A stretch of 64,000 nt of DNA, taken from positions 4,293 through 68,292 of the forward strand of contig JAIXXC010000093.1 in assembly GCA_027490985.1 (NCBI GenBank), in the 5' to 3' direction. This DNA comes from Verrucomicrobiales bacterium. Its GTDB lineage: Bacteria; Verrucomicrobiota; Verrucomicrobiia; Limisphaerales; UBA9464. Below are positions 18,819 to 27,558 of this stretch, piece after piece. Under the pieces are notes generated by a model. That model was not told where the DNA came from. It searched no databases and saw only the letters and a program-made list of their open reading frames with translations. Each line of letters begins with the position of its first letter. The first letter of the stretch is position 1. The position numbers were made by a program, and so were the translations under genes.

Positions 18819-19643
18819 ATGACACTCGGACTCCACACCTTTCGAAACCGCCGGGGCTTCACCCTCATCGAACTGCTGGTGGTCATCGCCATCATCGCCA
18901 TTCTGGCCGGGATGCTCCTGCCGGCCTTGGCCAAGGCGAAGGCGAAAGCCAACTCGATCAAGTGCATCAACAACGCCAAGTCGATGACCTTGTCGACGTT
19001 CATGTACCTGTCCGATCATGGTAAACCGGTGCCGTACAACGGTTCCGCGACGGCGACCATGGACAACGCGTTGTGGGTGACGGTGTTGGCCACCAACTAT
19101 GGCGGCATCAATGCGGCGCGCATCTGCCCGTCGGCCCCTCCGGCCGCCGTCAAGTCCAAGCGGCGCCACCCGAACAGCGGTTCGCTGAACCAGACCTGGT
19201 TGTGGACCGGATCCAAGGGCATCGACTACGAAGCCAGCTACACGTTCAACGGATGGTTCTACGGGGACGACGATCCGTACTTCAGCACTCCCGAACAACG
19301 GGTGAAGAAGTACCGCAACGAGGCGGATTGCCCGACCCCGTCCAACACGCCGGTGATTGCCGACAGCAACTGGATCGATACGTGGCCTCAGGCCACCGAC
19401 CTTCCGGCGAGGAATCTCTTCACCGGGGATGACTTCGCCGGAGCCATGGTCCGACTGACCTTGCCGAGGCACGGGAGTGGCACGTGGGGCCGCAATCAGA
19501 TCTTCAACCCTAAGGAAAACCTTCCGGGAGCCATCAATTCGGGGTTCGTCGACGGCCATGCCGAGTTGGTTCGCCTCGAGCGCTTGTGGAGCCTGGACTG
19601 GCACAAAGGGTGGGTCACCCCGACCAAGCGGCCGGGCAAGTGA
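18819..19643 (+). CDS. orphan prepilin-type N-terminal cleavage/methylation domain protein (DUF1559 / H-X9-DG-like family)
   Basis: Internal ATG of ORF 18252..19643. It has a class III signal (RNRRG|FTLIELLVVIAIIAILAGMLLPALAKAK) and the C-terminal motif NSGFVDGHAELV, typical of the expanded PVC pilin-like family. Confidence 0.85.
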   Translation: MTLGLHTFRNRRGFTLIELLVVIAIIAILAGMLLPALAKAKAKANSIKCINNAKSMTLSTFMYLSDHGKPVPYNGSATATMDNALWVTVLATNYGGINAARICPSAPPAAVKSKRRHPNSGSLNQTWLWTGSKGIDYEASYTFNGWFYGDDDPYFSTPEQRVKKYRNEADCPTPSNTPVIADSNWIDTWPQATDLPARNLFTGDDFAGAMVRLTLPRHGSGTWGRNQIFNPKENLPGAINSGFVDGHAELVRLERLWSLDWHKGWVTPTKRPGK

Positions 19644-19720
19644 TCGGTTCCCGGAAATCGGGATCGGTGTCACGCGTTCGTGGGTTGTCTTCCTCGGAGG
19701 CCTTGTCTCAGGTTTCAGGC

Positions 19721-20584
19721 ATGAAGCGACGAGTTCTCTGGGCCGGGGTGTTGGGGGTGTTTCTGGCCGCGTCGGCCCGGGCGGCCGAGGCGACTCCGCT
19801 AGCCAACGCCCATTCCCACAACGATTACGAGCAGAAGCGCCCGCTCGTGGAGGCCCTCGACCATGGGTTCTGCAGCGTCGAGGCCGATGTGTACCTGGTG
19901 AACGGTCAGTTGTGGGTGGCCCATGATCGCAAGGACCTGAAGGCCGACCGCACCCTGAAGTCCCTGTATCTGGATCCGCTCGCCGAGCGCGTCCGGAATC
20001 GGACGGGGATCTTTGCCGACCCCCGGACCCGCCTGATGCTGCTGGTCGATGTCAAAGGGCAGGGGGCCGAGGTGTACGAGCGGCTCAAGACCGAGTTGGC
20101 TCCGTACGCGCCCATGCTCACCCGTTTCCGCGATTCGGGCGTGGTCACGGGGGCGGTCACCGTGGTGCTCAGTGGCGATCGGGCCTGGGACCTGGCCCGC
20201 GCGGACCGCGACCGGTGGTGCGCCCTCGATGGCCGCATGAGCGATCTGACCAATGCCGCACCGGCCGGCGTCGCCGGATCATCGACGCCCCCCGCCTCCT
20301 TGGTCCCGTTGGTCAGTGAAAGTTGGCGAGCCCTCTTCCGATGGGACGGCGACGGCGAAATGTCTGCGGTCGAGAAGGCTCGATTGAAAGGGTTGGTGAA
20401 CCAAGCTCATGCCCAAGGACGAAAGATCCGCTTCTGGGCTCTACCGGATCGTCCCGAGGCCTGGAAAGTCTGCCAGGAGGCCGGCGTGGACCTGATCAAC
20501 ACCGACAAGATCCCCGCATTGTCGGCGTTCTTGCGGGGGCGGCCCTTGCCTCCGGAAAAACCGCCGGTCGCTGACGAAAACTGA
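19721..20584 (+). CDS. secreted PLC-like phosphodiesterase (AIM6 / PI-PLC X-domain-like)
   Basis: Internal ATG (MKRRVLWAGVLGVFLAASARA) of ORF 19586..20584. A signal peptide is followed by NAHSHNDYEQKRPLVEALDHGFCSVEADVYLVNGQLWVAHD. Confidence 0.7.
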   Translation: MKRRVLWAGVLGVFLAASARAAEATPLANAHSHNDYEQKRPLVEALDHGFCSVEADVYLVNGQLWVAHDRKDLKADRTLKSLYLDPLAERVRNRTGIFADPRTRLMLLVDVKGQGAEVYERLKTELAPYAPMLTRFRDSGVVTGAVTVVLSGDRAWDLARADRDRWCALDGRMSDLTNAAPAGVAGSSTPPASLVPLVSESWRALFRWDGDGEMSAVEKARLKGLVNQAHAQGRKIRFWALPDRPEAWKVCQEAGVDLINTDKIPALSAFLRGRPLPPEKPPVADEN

Positions 20585-20603
20585 CCCGCCTCGTCGAGCG
20601 TGT

Positions 20604-20625
20604 CCTCACCGCCCCCGGAGTGAGG
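20604..20625. terminator. possible bidirectional terminator hairpin between convergent genes
   Basis: CCTCAC-N10-GTGAGG forms a 6-bp stem between the stops of the PLC-like gene (+) and dxr (-). There is no clear U-tract. Confidence 0.25.
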
Positions 20626-20629
20626 TGCT

Positions 20630-21790
20630 CTACCCGGCCTGACTTCCCGACTCCGCCTCGGCGCGGGCCCAGCGGTCGGCCTCGAGGATCTGATCCAGGC
20701 TCGGTTGCTCAACCACCCGGTGAGCATCCATCACGCGGGTGACCAGTCGGGCGATGCCGGTGAACCCGAGTTGGCGGGCGCAGAAGCGTTCCACGGCCAC
20801 CTCGTTCGCCGCATTGAGCACCGCCGGCAGGGTGCCGCCGATCTCGCCCGCCCGTCGGGCCAGGCCCAGGGCCGGGAAGCGGTCGGTGTCGGGTTCTTCG
20901 AAGGTGAGCTGGCCGATCTTGGCGAAGTTCGTCTGCACCCGGTCGCTGTCGATCCGATCGGGATACAACAGCGCATATTGGATGGGCAGGCACATGTCCG
21001 GCGTGGACAACTGGGCGATGATCGAGCCGTCCACATACTCCACCATCGAATGGACCACGCTCTGCGGGTGCACGACCACCTGGACCCGCGGCATTTCGAT
21101 GTCGAAGAGCCACCGGGCCTCGATCATCTCCAAGCCCTTGTTGAACAGCGTGGCCGAATCGATGGTGATCTTGCGGCCCATGACCCACGAGGGGTGTTTG
21201 AGCGCCTGCTCGACGGTGACGGCTTCCAAGGCCTCTTTCGGCCACTTCGCCGCGTCGCGGAACGGCCCGCCCGAGGCGGTGAGCCACAGGTTGCGCACCG
21301 ACGAGGCGGGTTTGCCGTCGAGACACTGGAAGATGGCCGAATGCTCGCTGTCCACCGCCAGCACCCGGACTCCGTGGGCCCGGGCCTCGCGCATGACCGT
21401 CTCGCCGGCCATCACCAGGATCTCCTTGGAGGCCACGGCGATGTCCTTGCCCGCCCGGATGGCCGCCAAGGCGGGCTCCAGTCCGGCCGTGCCAACGATG
21501 GCGATGAGCACGATGTCGGCCTCGGGCAGGGTGGCCAGGCGGATCAGGGCCTCCGGACCGGCCAGCACCTCGGTGGCGTTGCCCAGGGCCGCCTGCACGG
21601 AGGCCGCCTTGCTGGCATCATGGATCGAGACCATGCGCGGACGATGCCTGCGGCCTTGCTCAATCAGCAGGTCGGCGTTGCCTCCGGCGGCCAAACCCAC
21701 CAATTGGAGGCGGTCGGGTTGGTCTTCCACCACCTTCAGGGTGCTGGTGCCGATCGAACCGGTGCAGCCGAGCAGGACGACGCGCTTCAT
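20630..21790 (-). CDS. dxr: 1-deoxy-D-xylulose 5-phosphate reductoisomerase
   Basis: Start at MKRVVLLGCTGSIGTSTLKVV (an internal ATG of ORF 20630..21973), giving 386 aa. Motifs are Dxr-typical: LAAGGN, VDSEHSAIFQCL, LTASGGPFR, HPSWVMGRKITIDSATLFNKGLE and VHPQSVVHSMVEYVDGS. Confidence 0.95.
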   Translation of the reverse strand: MKRVVLLGCTGSIGTSTLKVVEDQPDRLQLVGLAAGGNADLLIEQGRRHRPRMVSIHDASKAASVQAALGNATEVLAGPEALIRLATLPEADIVLIAIVGTAGLEPALAAIRAGKDIAVASKEILVMAGETVMREARAHGVRVLAVDSEHSAIFQCLDGKPASSVRNLWLTASGGPFRDAAKWPKEALEAVTVEQALKHPSWVMGRKITIDSATLFNKGLEMIEARWLFDIEMPRVQVVVHPQSVVHSMVEYVDGSIIAQLSTPDMCLPIQYALLYPDRIDSDRVQTNFAKIGQLTFEEPDTDRFPALGLARRAGEIGGTLPAVLNAANEVAVERFCARQLGFTGIARLVTRVMDAHRVVEQPSLDQILEADRWARAEAESGSQAG

Positions 21791-21988
21791 GTGTCGGCCC
21801 AGTCTGGGGGTGTACCCGCTCCTGCGGCAAGAGCCCGCCATGCGACCGGGGAATCCTTGAAACCTTGGACTGGCCTTGCCGGTCACCGCGGGGGTAACTT
21901 GAAAACTCGATCCGTTGAAGAAATGTCCACTCGACGCGTCTTTCAGCGCATCCCAGGGCGACTCCGCCCCCAACTACTGTCCTCGACA

Positions 21989-23527
21989 ATGGAAACGAAG
22001 AAGATCTGGTCCCGTGCCGTCCGTTCCGCCGGTGGCTTTTTGGCAGCCCTCGCTCTGGGTTCGTCCGCCGTGCAGGCGGCCCCCGAGCTCAAGGCGGTGT
22101 CGCTCGACGACTGCCTGAAGCTGGCCCTCCAGAAGAACCTGGACATCCGGATCTCCTACTTCAATCCGCGGCAGTCGCTCAGTCAGTACCGCCAGGCCTT
22201 CGCCGGGTACGATCCGGCCATCGGAATGTCGGCCCGCCAGAACTTCCGCACCAGCGCCGGTGTGGGCAATCCGGGCGACTTCATCCCGCCGGGCGGCGAA
22301 TCCTGGTCCGAGAACTACTCGGTGGGGCTGCAAGGCTTGGCGCCGAGCGAGACGGGTTTGCGCTACTCCCTCCAGAGTGGCATGACCCGCAACAACAACC
22401 TGTTCTTCGCCACCGCCAACCGGCCGGAGATCAATTCCGGGTTCTTCTACAGCCCGTTCGTCAACCTCGACCTGACCCAACCGTTGTTGCGCGACTTCTG
22501 GATCGATTCCACCCGCATGATGGTGCAGGTGAACAAGATCGGTATCGGGCGTTCCGAGCAGGGGGCCCGGCGTCAGGTGATCACGGTCGTGGCCCAGGTG
22601 GCCCTGGCCTACCACGACCTCATCGCGGCCCGTGAGAATGTGCGGGTGCAGCGCAAGGCCGTGGAAACGGCCGAACGGCGACTGGCCGAGCAGAAGAAGC
22701 GCGTCGAAGTGGGCGCACTGGCCCCGCTCGACGAGAAGCAATCCGAAGCCGAGGTCTACCGGGCCAAGGCCGATCTGCTGCAGAGCGAGGCCCGCCTGGG
22801 TGACGCCTCCACCAATCTCCGCAATCTCATCAACGACGATCTGGGCAGCTGGGACAACGTCCTGCTCAATCCCACGCTCACCCTGACGGCCGAGCCGGTG
22901 GCCTTCGACAAGAAGGACAGCTGGCACAAGGCGCTGACCCAATCCCCCGACATCGTCGATGCCCGCCTCCAGCTCGACTCCCAGAAGGTCCGGCTGAAGT
23001 TCAACAAGAACCAGCTCTTCCCGCAGCTCGACCTGCTCGGCGGTTACGGCGTGATCGGCGCCGAATCCGCCTTCGGCATGTCGCTCCAGGACATCGAGGA
23101 TCGCAAGCTCCCCAACCACTACGCCGGGCTCCGCCTGAACTTCCCGCTGAGCAACCGCAACGCCCGTGAGACCCACAAGCAGGGCAAGCTGGAGCAGGAG
23201 CGCCTGTTGCTGAGCTACAAGCGCATCGAGCAGAACCTCATGCGTGACATCGACATTTCCATCCGGTCGGCCAAGACCGCCTTCGAGCGCGTCAATGCCG
23301 CCCGCAAGCAGCACGAATTCGCCGCCCAGGCTCTCGATGCCGAGGAGAAGAAACTGGCCAATGGCAAGAGCACGGCCTTCCAGGTGCTGCAGATCCAGCG
23401 CGATCTCACCAGCGCCGAGGCCAGCGAGATCAATGCGCTCTCCGACTACAACAAGGAGTTGTACCGCCTGTCCCAGGCCGAGGGTGACATCCTCAACAAG
23501 CTGGGCATCGTGCTCGACATCCGCTGA
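21989..23527 (+). CDS. TolC-family outer membrane efflux protein
   Basis: Internal ATG (METKKIWSRAVRSAGGFLAALALGSSAVQA|AP) of ORF 20705..23527. The OEP repeats are typical (LSLDDCLKLALQKNLDI, coiled-coil segments, YNKELYRLSQAEG). Confidence 0.85.
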   Translation: METKKIWSRAVRSAGGFLAALALGSSAVQAAPELKAVSLDDCLKLALQKNLDIRISYFNPRQSLSQYRQAFAGYDPAIGMSARQNFRTSAGVGNPGDFIPPGGESWSENYSVGLQGLAPSETGLRYSLQSGMTRNNNLFFATANRPEINSGFFYSPFVNLDLTQPLLRDFWIDSTRMMVQVNKIGIGRSEQGARRQVITVVAQVALAYHDLIAARENVRVQRKAVETAERRLAEQKKRVEVGALAPLDEKQSEAEVYRAKADLLQSEARLGDASTNLRNLINDDLGSWDNVLLNPTLTLTAEPVAFDKKDSWHKALTQSPDIVDARLQLDSQKVRLKFNKNQLFPQLDLLGGYGVIGAESAFGMSLQDIEDRKLPNHYAGLRLNFPLSNRNARETHKQGKLEQERLLLSYKRIEQNLMRDIDISIRSAKTAFERVNAARKQHEFAAQALDAEEKKLANGKSTAFQVLQIQRDLTSAEASEINALSDYNKELYRLSQAEGDILNKLGIVLDIR

Positions 23528-23592
23528 TCGGTCTTGGGCGAGCGGCCCCGGGATGTGAGTGCGCTGGGGATGGCTTCTCGGAGTTTGAAACC

Positions 23593-24237
23593 ATGACACG
23601 TTTCCTTCAAATCGGGTTCGTCGCCGCCGGCTTGCTGATCGCGAGCGGCGGTCTCCGGGCGCAGGGAGCCAAACCCCTGTTCGACGAATCGTTCTCGGCC
23701 GCCAAGGTCGGTGAGGTGCCCGAGTCGTTCCTGGTGCTCGACGGCCAATTCGCCGTCCGTGAAGAGGAGGGCAACCGGTTTCTCGAACTGCCCGGGGCCC
23801 CGTTGGAGTCGTTCGGAGTGCTCTTCGGCCCCAATGAGGCCGAAGGCGTCGAAGTGACCGCCCGGATTCTGGGCACCAAGAGTGGACGCAAGTTCCCCAC
23901 TTTCGCCGTCGGCCTCAATGGGGTCGGGGGATACAAGGTGCGGGTGGCTCCGGCCAAGAACGCCCTGGAGTTGGTCAAGGGCGATGACGTCAAGGCTTCG
24001 GTTCCGTTCAAGTGGGCCAGTGGCCAGTGGACCGCGTTCCGGTTGAGCGTGCGCAAGTCGGGGGCCGGAGTCCGCATCGTCGCCAAGGCTTGGCAGGGCG
24101 CCGACGAGCCCAAGGAGGCCCTCCTGCAGCACGATGAGAGCGAGAAGTTGCCCCCGGGCAAGGCGGGCGTTTGGGGGATGCCCTTCGCCGGCACCCCGAT
24201 CCGCTTCGATGATCTGAAGATCACGCCCGCGCCCTGA
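23593..24237 (+). CDS. secreted DUF1080-like (concanavalin-A-like beta-sandwich) protein
   Basis: 214-aa ORF with a signal peptide. The DUF1080-like layout is W/F..LDGQFAV ... QWTAFRLSV ... GKAGVWGMPFAGTPIRFDDLKI. Confidence 0.55.
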   Translation: MTRFLQIGFVAAGLLIASGGLRAQGAKPLFDESFSAAKVGEVPESFLVLDGQFAVREEEGNRFLELPGAPLESFGVLFGPNEAEGVEVTARILGTKSGRKFPTFAVGLNGVGGYKVRVAPAKNALELVKGDDVKASVPFKWASGQWTAFRLSVRKSGAGVRIVAKAWQGADEPKEALLQHDESEKLPPGKAGVWGMPFAGTPIRFDDLKITPAP

Positions 24238-24445
24238 GGGACCGCCCGCGGTTCTCGGCGAACGCTGGGTCTCTCCGACTTGGGCGTCCTCGACCGGTGG
24301 TGCCGCGGCAGACGGCTTCGCGGGATCGCGGACCCTCACTGCCCCCCCTGAAACTCGGGGGACACCCCGGTCGGACACACAACCGTTTCCGAGTCGGCTC
24401 CATTCGCGCATTGCCCGGTGCGTCCAATCGGCCGAAAAAGGACGC

Positions 24446-27163
24446 ATGGAATCCTGCGTTCACCCCGGTTCGAATCGATGGGTCGGGGCTTGTGTCGGTG
24501 CCTTGTTGCTGGTCGCCACCGCGTTCGAGGCCTCGGCCGCCGCGCCGGTCGCGATCCGCGAGACGGTGGGCCACAAGGCCGGCGGTCGATCGGTCACCCC
24601 GGTCAACCAGACCCTGACCCCGCTCGGCCGGCAGATCGAACTCCCGGGTTTGCGCCCTCAAGTGCTGGCGCTTTCGCCCGACGGATCCCGGTTGCTGGTG
24701 TCGGGCAAGACCAGCGAGCTGCTGGTGCTCAGCCCGGTGACCGGAGAGATCCTCCAGCGGGTGGCGTTGCCCTCCGAGCAGGTCAATGAGCCGCAGCCCA
24801 CGGTGCCCTCGTCCAACATCCTCAAGCCCGACGCCAAGGGCCAGGTGAGCTACACCGGCCTGGTCTACTCGCCCGATGGCAAGCGGGTGGTCCTCAGCAA
24901 CGTCAACGGCAGCCTGAAGGTGTTCCGCGTCGAGTCCGACGGCTCGCTCAGCGCGTCGCACTCGCTGCCGCTGCCCGATGCCGGAGCTCCGCGGCGGAAG
25001 GAGGAGATCCCCGCGGGTCTGGCCTTCAGCGCCGAGGGTCGGCGACTGTATGTCTGCGCCAATCTGTCGAACCGGCTCCTGGAATTGGATGCCGATTCGG
25101 GCAAGGTGCTGCGCGAGTTCCGTGTCGGCGTGGCTCCCTATGACGTGGTGTTGGTGGGGGACACGGCCTATGTCAGCAATTGGGGCGGGCGTCGGCCGGG
25201 GCCCGATGATCTCACGGGGCCCGCCGGTCGGGGCACCGCCGTCCGCGTGGACCCGGTGCGCCACATTGCCAGCGAGGGATCCGTCTCGATCATCGACCTG
25301 AAGGCTTCGGCCGATACGGCGCCGCTGGAGCTGCTCACCGGCCTCCACGCCTCCGCCTTGGCCGTGTCCCCCGATCGCCGTCATGTCGTCTGCGCCAATG
25401 CCGGTTCGGACACCCTCAGCGTCATCGACACCCGGACCCGTACCGTGGTCGAGACGATCTGGGCCAAGATCAATCCGGCCGACCTCTTCGGAGCCTCGCC
25501 CAATGCGCTGGTCTTCGCTCCGGATGGCAAGACCCTCTACGTGGCCAATGGTTCCCAGAACGCCATCGCGGTCGTGCGATTCGATCCCGCGGATCGGGAG
25601 TCGGCTTTGAGCGGGTTGATCCCCGTGGGCTGGTTCCCGGCGGCGTTGGTCCACGATGTCGCCCGCAAGCAGTTGATCGTGGCCAACGTCAAGGGCCTGG
25701 CCTCGAAGACGAAGAAGGCCGACACCGGGGCCGACGGATTCAACACCCACCAGTACAACGGCACGGTGTCGCTGGTACCGCTGCCGGGCCGACGTACGTT
25801 GGCCAAGCTGTCGGAGACGGTGTCGCGCAACCTGCGGCGCGAGGCGATCCAGGCCTCACGGCTGCCGCCGCGGGCCGGGGTGAAACCACGGCCGGTCCCC
25901 GAGCGCATCGGTGAGCCCAGCGTCTTCAAGCACGTGATCTACGTGATCAAAGAGAACCGCACCTACGATCAGGTCTTCGGCGACGAAGCCCGGGGCAACG
26001 GCCGCCCCGATCTGTGCCTCTTCGGCGAGAAGATCACCCCCAACCTGCACAAGATCGCCCGGGAGTTCGTGCTCCTGGACAACACCTACTGCGCCGGAAT
26101 CCTCAGCGCCGACGGTCATCAGTGGTCCACCACCGCCTTCTCGACCGACTACATGGAGAAGTCCTTCGCCGGCTTCCCGCGCAGCTACCCGGATGGCATG
26201 GGCGAAGACGAGGACGACGCCCTGGCCTATTCGCCGGCGGGTTTCATCTGGGACAACGCCCTCAAACACGGCAAGACCCTCCGCAATTACGGCGAATTCG
26301 CCGCACCCACCGTCCGCTGGCGTGATCCCAAGAAGAAGGGTTCCATCCCGTTCCTGCCGTGCTACCGGACTTGGAAGGGGCAAACCGACGAGGTGATCTT
26401 CTCCAGTCAAGCCATGGTGCCGACCTTGATTCCCCACACGCCGACGAACTATGTCGGTTGGGATATGTCGGTGCCCGACCAGTACCGGGCCGATCACTTC
26501 ATCCGGGAACTCCAGGACTTCGAGGCCCGGGGCGAGTTCCCCAACATGGTTCTCATCTGCCTGCCCAACGATCACACGAGCGGCACCTCGGCAGGTCAAC
26601 CCACGCCCGCCGCGTGCGTGGCCGACAATGACCTCGCCTTCGGACGGATCGTCGAAGCGGTGAGCCACAGCCGATTCTGGAAGGACACCCTCATCCTGGC
26701 CATCGAAGACGATCCGCAGGCCGGGTGGGATCATGTCAGCGGCTACCGCACCACGGCCTTCTGCATCAGCGCCTACACCCGGCGCGGTGCGGTGGTCTCG
26801 ACCCAGTACAACACCACCAGCCTCATCCGCACCCTGGAGCAGGTGCTGGGCCTGAAGCCCATGAACCAGTTCGACGCCAGCGCCACGCCGATGTCCGACT
26901 GCTTCCAAGACACACCGGATTTCACCCCGTACACCGCGGTGCCCAACACGGTGCCGCTCGATCAGATGAATCCGCCCGCCAAGGCGCTCTTGAACCCCAT
27001 CTTGCGGCGCGATGCCGAGGTCTCGGCCCGTCTCAACTTCCGCGAGGTGGACAAGGCGCCGGAGGACGTGTTGAACCGCATCCTCTGGAATGCCATGGCC
27101 GGTACGGAGCGTCCTTATCCCGAATGGGCCACCACCCCGGATGCTGACGACGACGATGATTAG
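24446..27163 (+). CDS. bifunctional YVTN/YncE-type beta-propeller + phosphoesterase (PLC/AcpA family) protein
   Basis: 905-aa ORF with a signal peptide. The N-terminal half has propeller blades (SPDGSRLLVSG, SPDGKRVVLSN, SAEGRRLYVCAN, SPDRRHVVCANAGSDTLSVID, APDGKTLYVANGSQNAIAVV). The C-terminal half has the phosphoesterase signature KHVIYVIKENRTYDQVFG ... LPNDHTSG ... DDPQAGWDHVSGYRT. Confidence 0.85.
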   Translation: MESCVHPGSNRWVGACVGALLLVATAFEASAAAPVAIRETVGHKAGGRSVTPVNQTLTPLGRQIELPGLRPQVLALSPDGSRLLVSGKTSELLVLSPVTGEILQRVALPSEQVNEPQPTVPSSNILKPDAKGQVSYTGLVYSPDGKRVVLSNVNGSLKVFRVESDGSLSASHSLPLPDAGAPRRKEEIPAGLAFSAEGRRLYVCANLSNRLLELDADSGKVLREFRVGVAPYDVVLVGDTAYVSNWGGRRPGPDDLTGPAGRGTAVRVDPVRHIASEGSVSIIDLKASADTAPLELLTGLHASALAVSPDRRHVVCANAGSDTLSVIDTRTRTVVETIWAKINPADLFGASPNALVFAPDGKTLYVANGSQNAIAVVRFDPADRESALSGLIPVGWFPAALVHDVARKQLIVANVKGLASKTKKADTGADGFNTHQYNGTVSLVPLPGRRTLAKLSETVSRNLRREAIQASRLPPRAGVKPRPVPERIGEPSVFKHVIYVIKENRTYDQVFGDEARGNGRPDLCLFGEKITPNLHKIAREFVLLDNTYCAGILSADGHQWSTTAFSTDYMEKSFAGFPRSYPDGMGEDEDDALAYSPAGFIWDNALKHGKTLRNYGEFAAPTVRWRDPKKKGSIPFLPCYRTWKGQTDEVIFSSQAMVPTLIPHTPTNYVGWDMSVPDQYRADHFIRELQDFEARGEFPNMVLICLPNDHTSGTSAGQPTPAACVADNDLAFGRIVEAVSHSRFWKDTLILAIEDDPQAGWDHVSGYRTTAFCISAYTRRGAVVSTQYNTTSLIRTLEQVLGLKPMNQFDASATPMSDCFQDTPDFTPYTAVPNTVPLDQMNPPAKALLNPILRRDAEVSARLNFREVDKAPEDVLNRILWNAMAGTERPYPEWATTPDADDDDD

Positions 27164-27181
27164 CCTCATGCTGCCCATCTC

Positions 27182-27484
27182 ATGAGCGACGAGGCGTTTC
27201 GACCCCCGGGCGACTGCCCGGTCTGTGGCGAGTTCGTACCGCGCAGGTCTGTGGCCTGCCCGGGATGCGGTGCGTCGCGCGATTCGGGATGGAACGAAGA
27301 GGCGGCTGTCTCCGGTCTCGATCTGCCTGACGACGACGAGTTCGACTACAATGACTTCGTGGCCCGGGAGTTCGGCCAGGGGCGGCCCAAGAAGCCCGAT
27401 CGCCGTCGGCTCTGGACCGTGGTCGGACTCCTGCTCATCGCGGCCATGGCCGCCTCGTTCCTGGCGGTGTTCCGGTGGCACTGA
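27182..27484 (+). CDS. small zinc-ribbon membrane protein (hypothetical)
   Basis: 100-aa ORF with CPVCG...CPGCG (a 2x CxxC zinc ribbon) and a C-terminal TM helix (LWTVVGLLLIAAMAASFLAVF). It starts 18 nt downstream of the phosphoesterase gene. Confidence 0.5.
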   Translation: MSDEAFRPPGDCPVCGEFVPRRSVACPGCGASRDSGWNEEAAVSGLDLPDDDEFDYNDFVAREFGQGRPKKPDRRRLWTVVGLLLIAAMAASFLAVFRWH

Positions 27485-27558
27485 AGTCCGGGCGTGGATC
27501 CGGTGTTCATCCCCCCCGGCCCTTCGTCGGGGCGTTCCGAGCAACATGGGCGTAGGTT

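Noticed and set aside
21989-23527. TolC-family protein as the missing outer-membrane channel of the type IV filament locus
   Set aside because: TolC/OEP proteins serve RND and type I systems. Type IV filaments use secretins (GspD/PilQ). The gene is 12 kb away and separated by unrelated genes.
24449-24462. Third copy of the 1707/1840 hairpin repeat (shared ATCCTGCGTTC 11-mer at the start of the phosphoesterase gene)
   Set aside because: Only 11 nt match and the hairpin partner is missing. Hundreds of 11-mer coincidences are expected in 64 kb.
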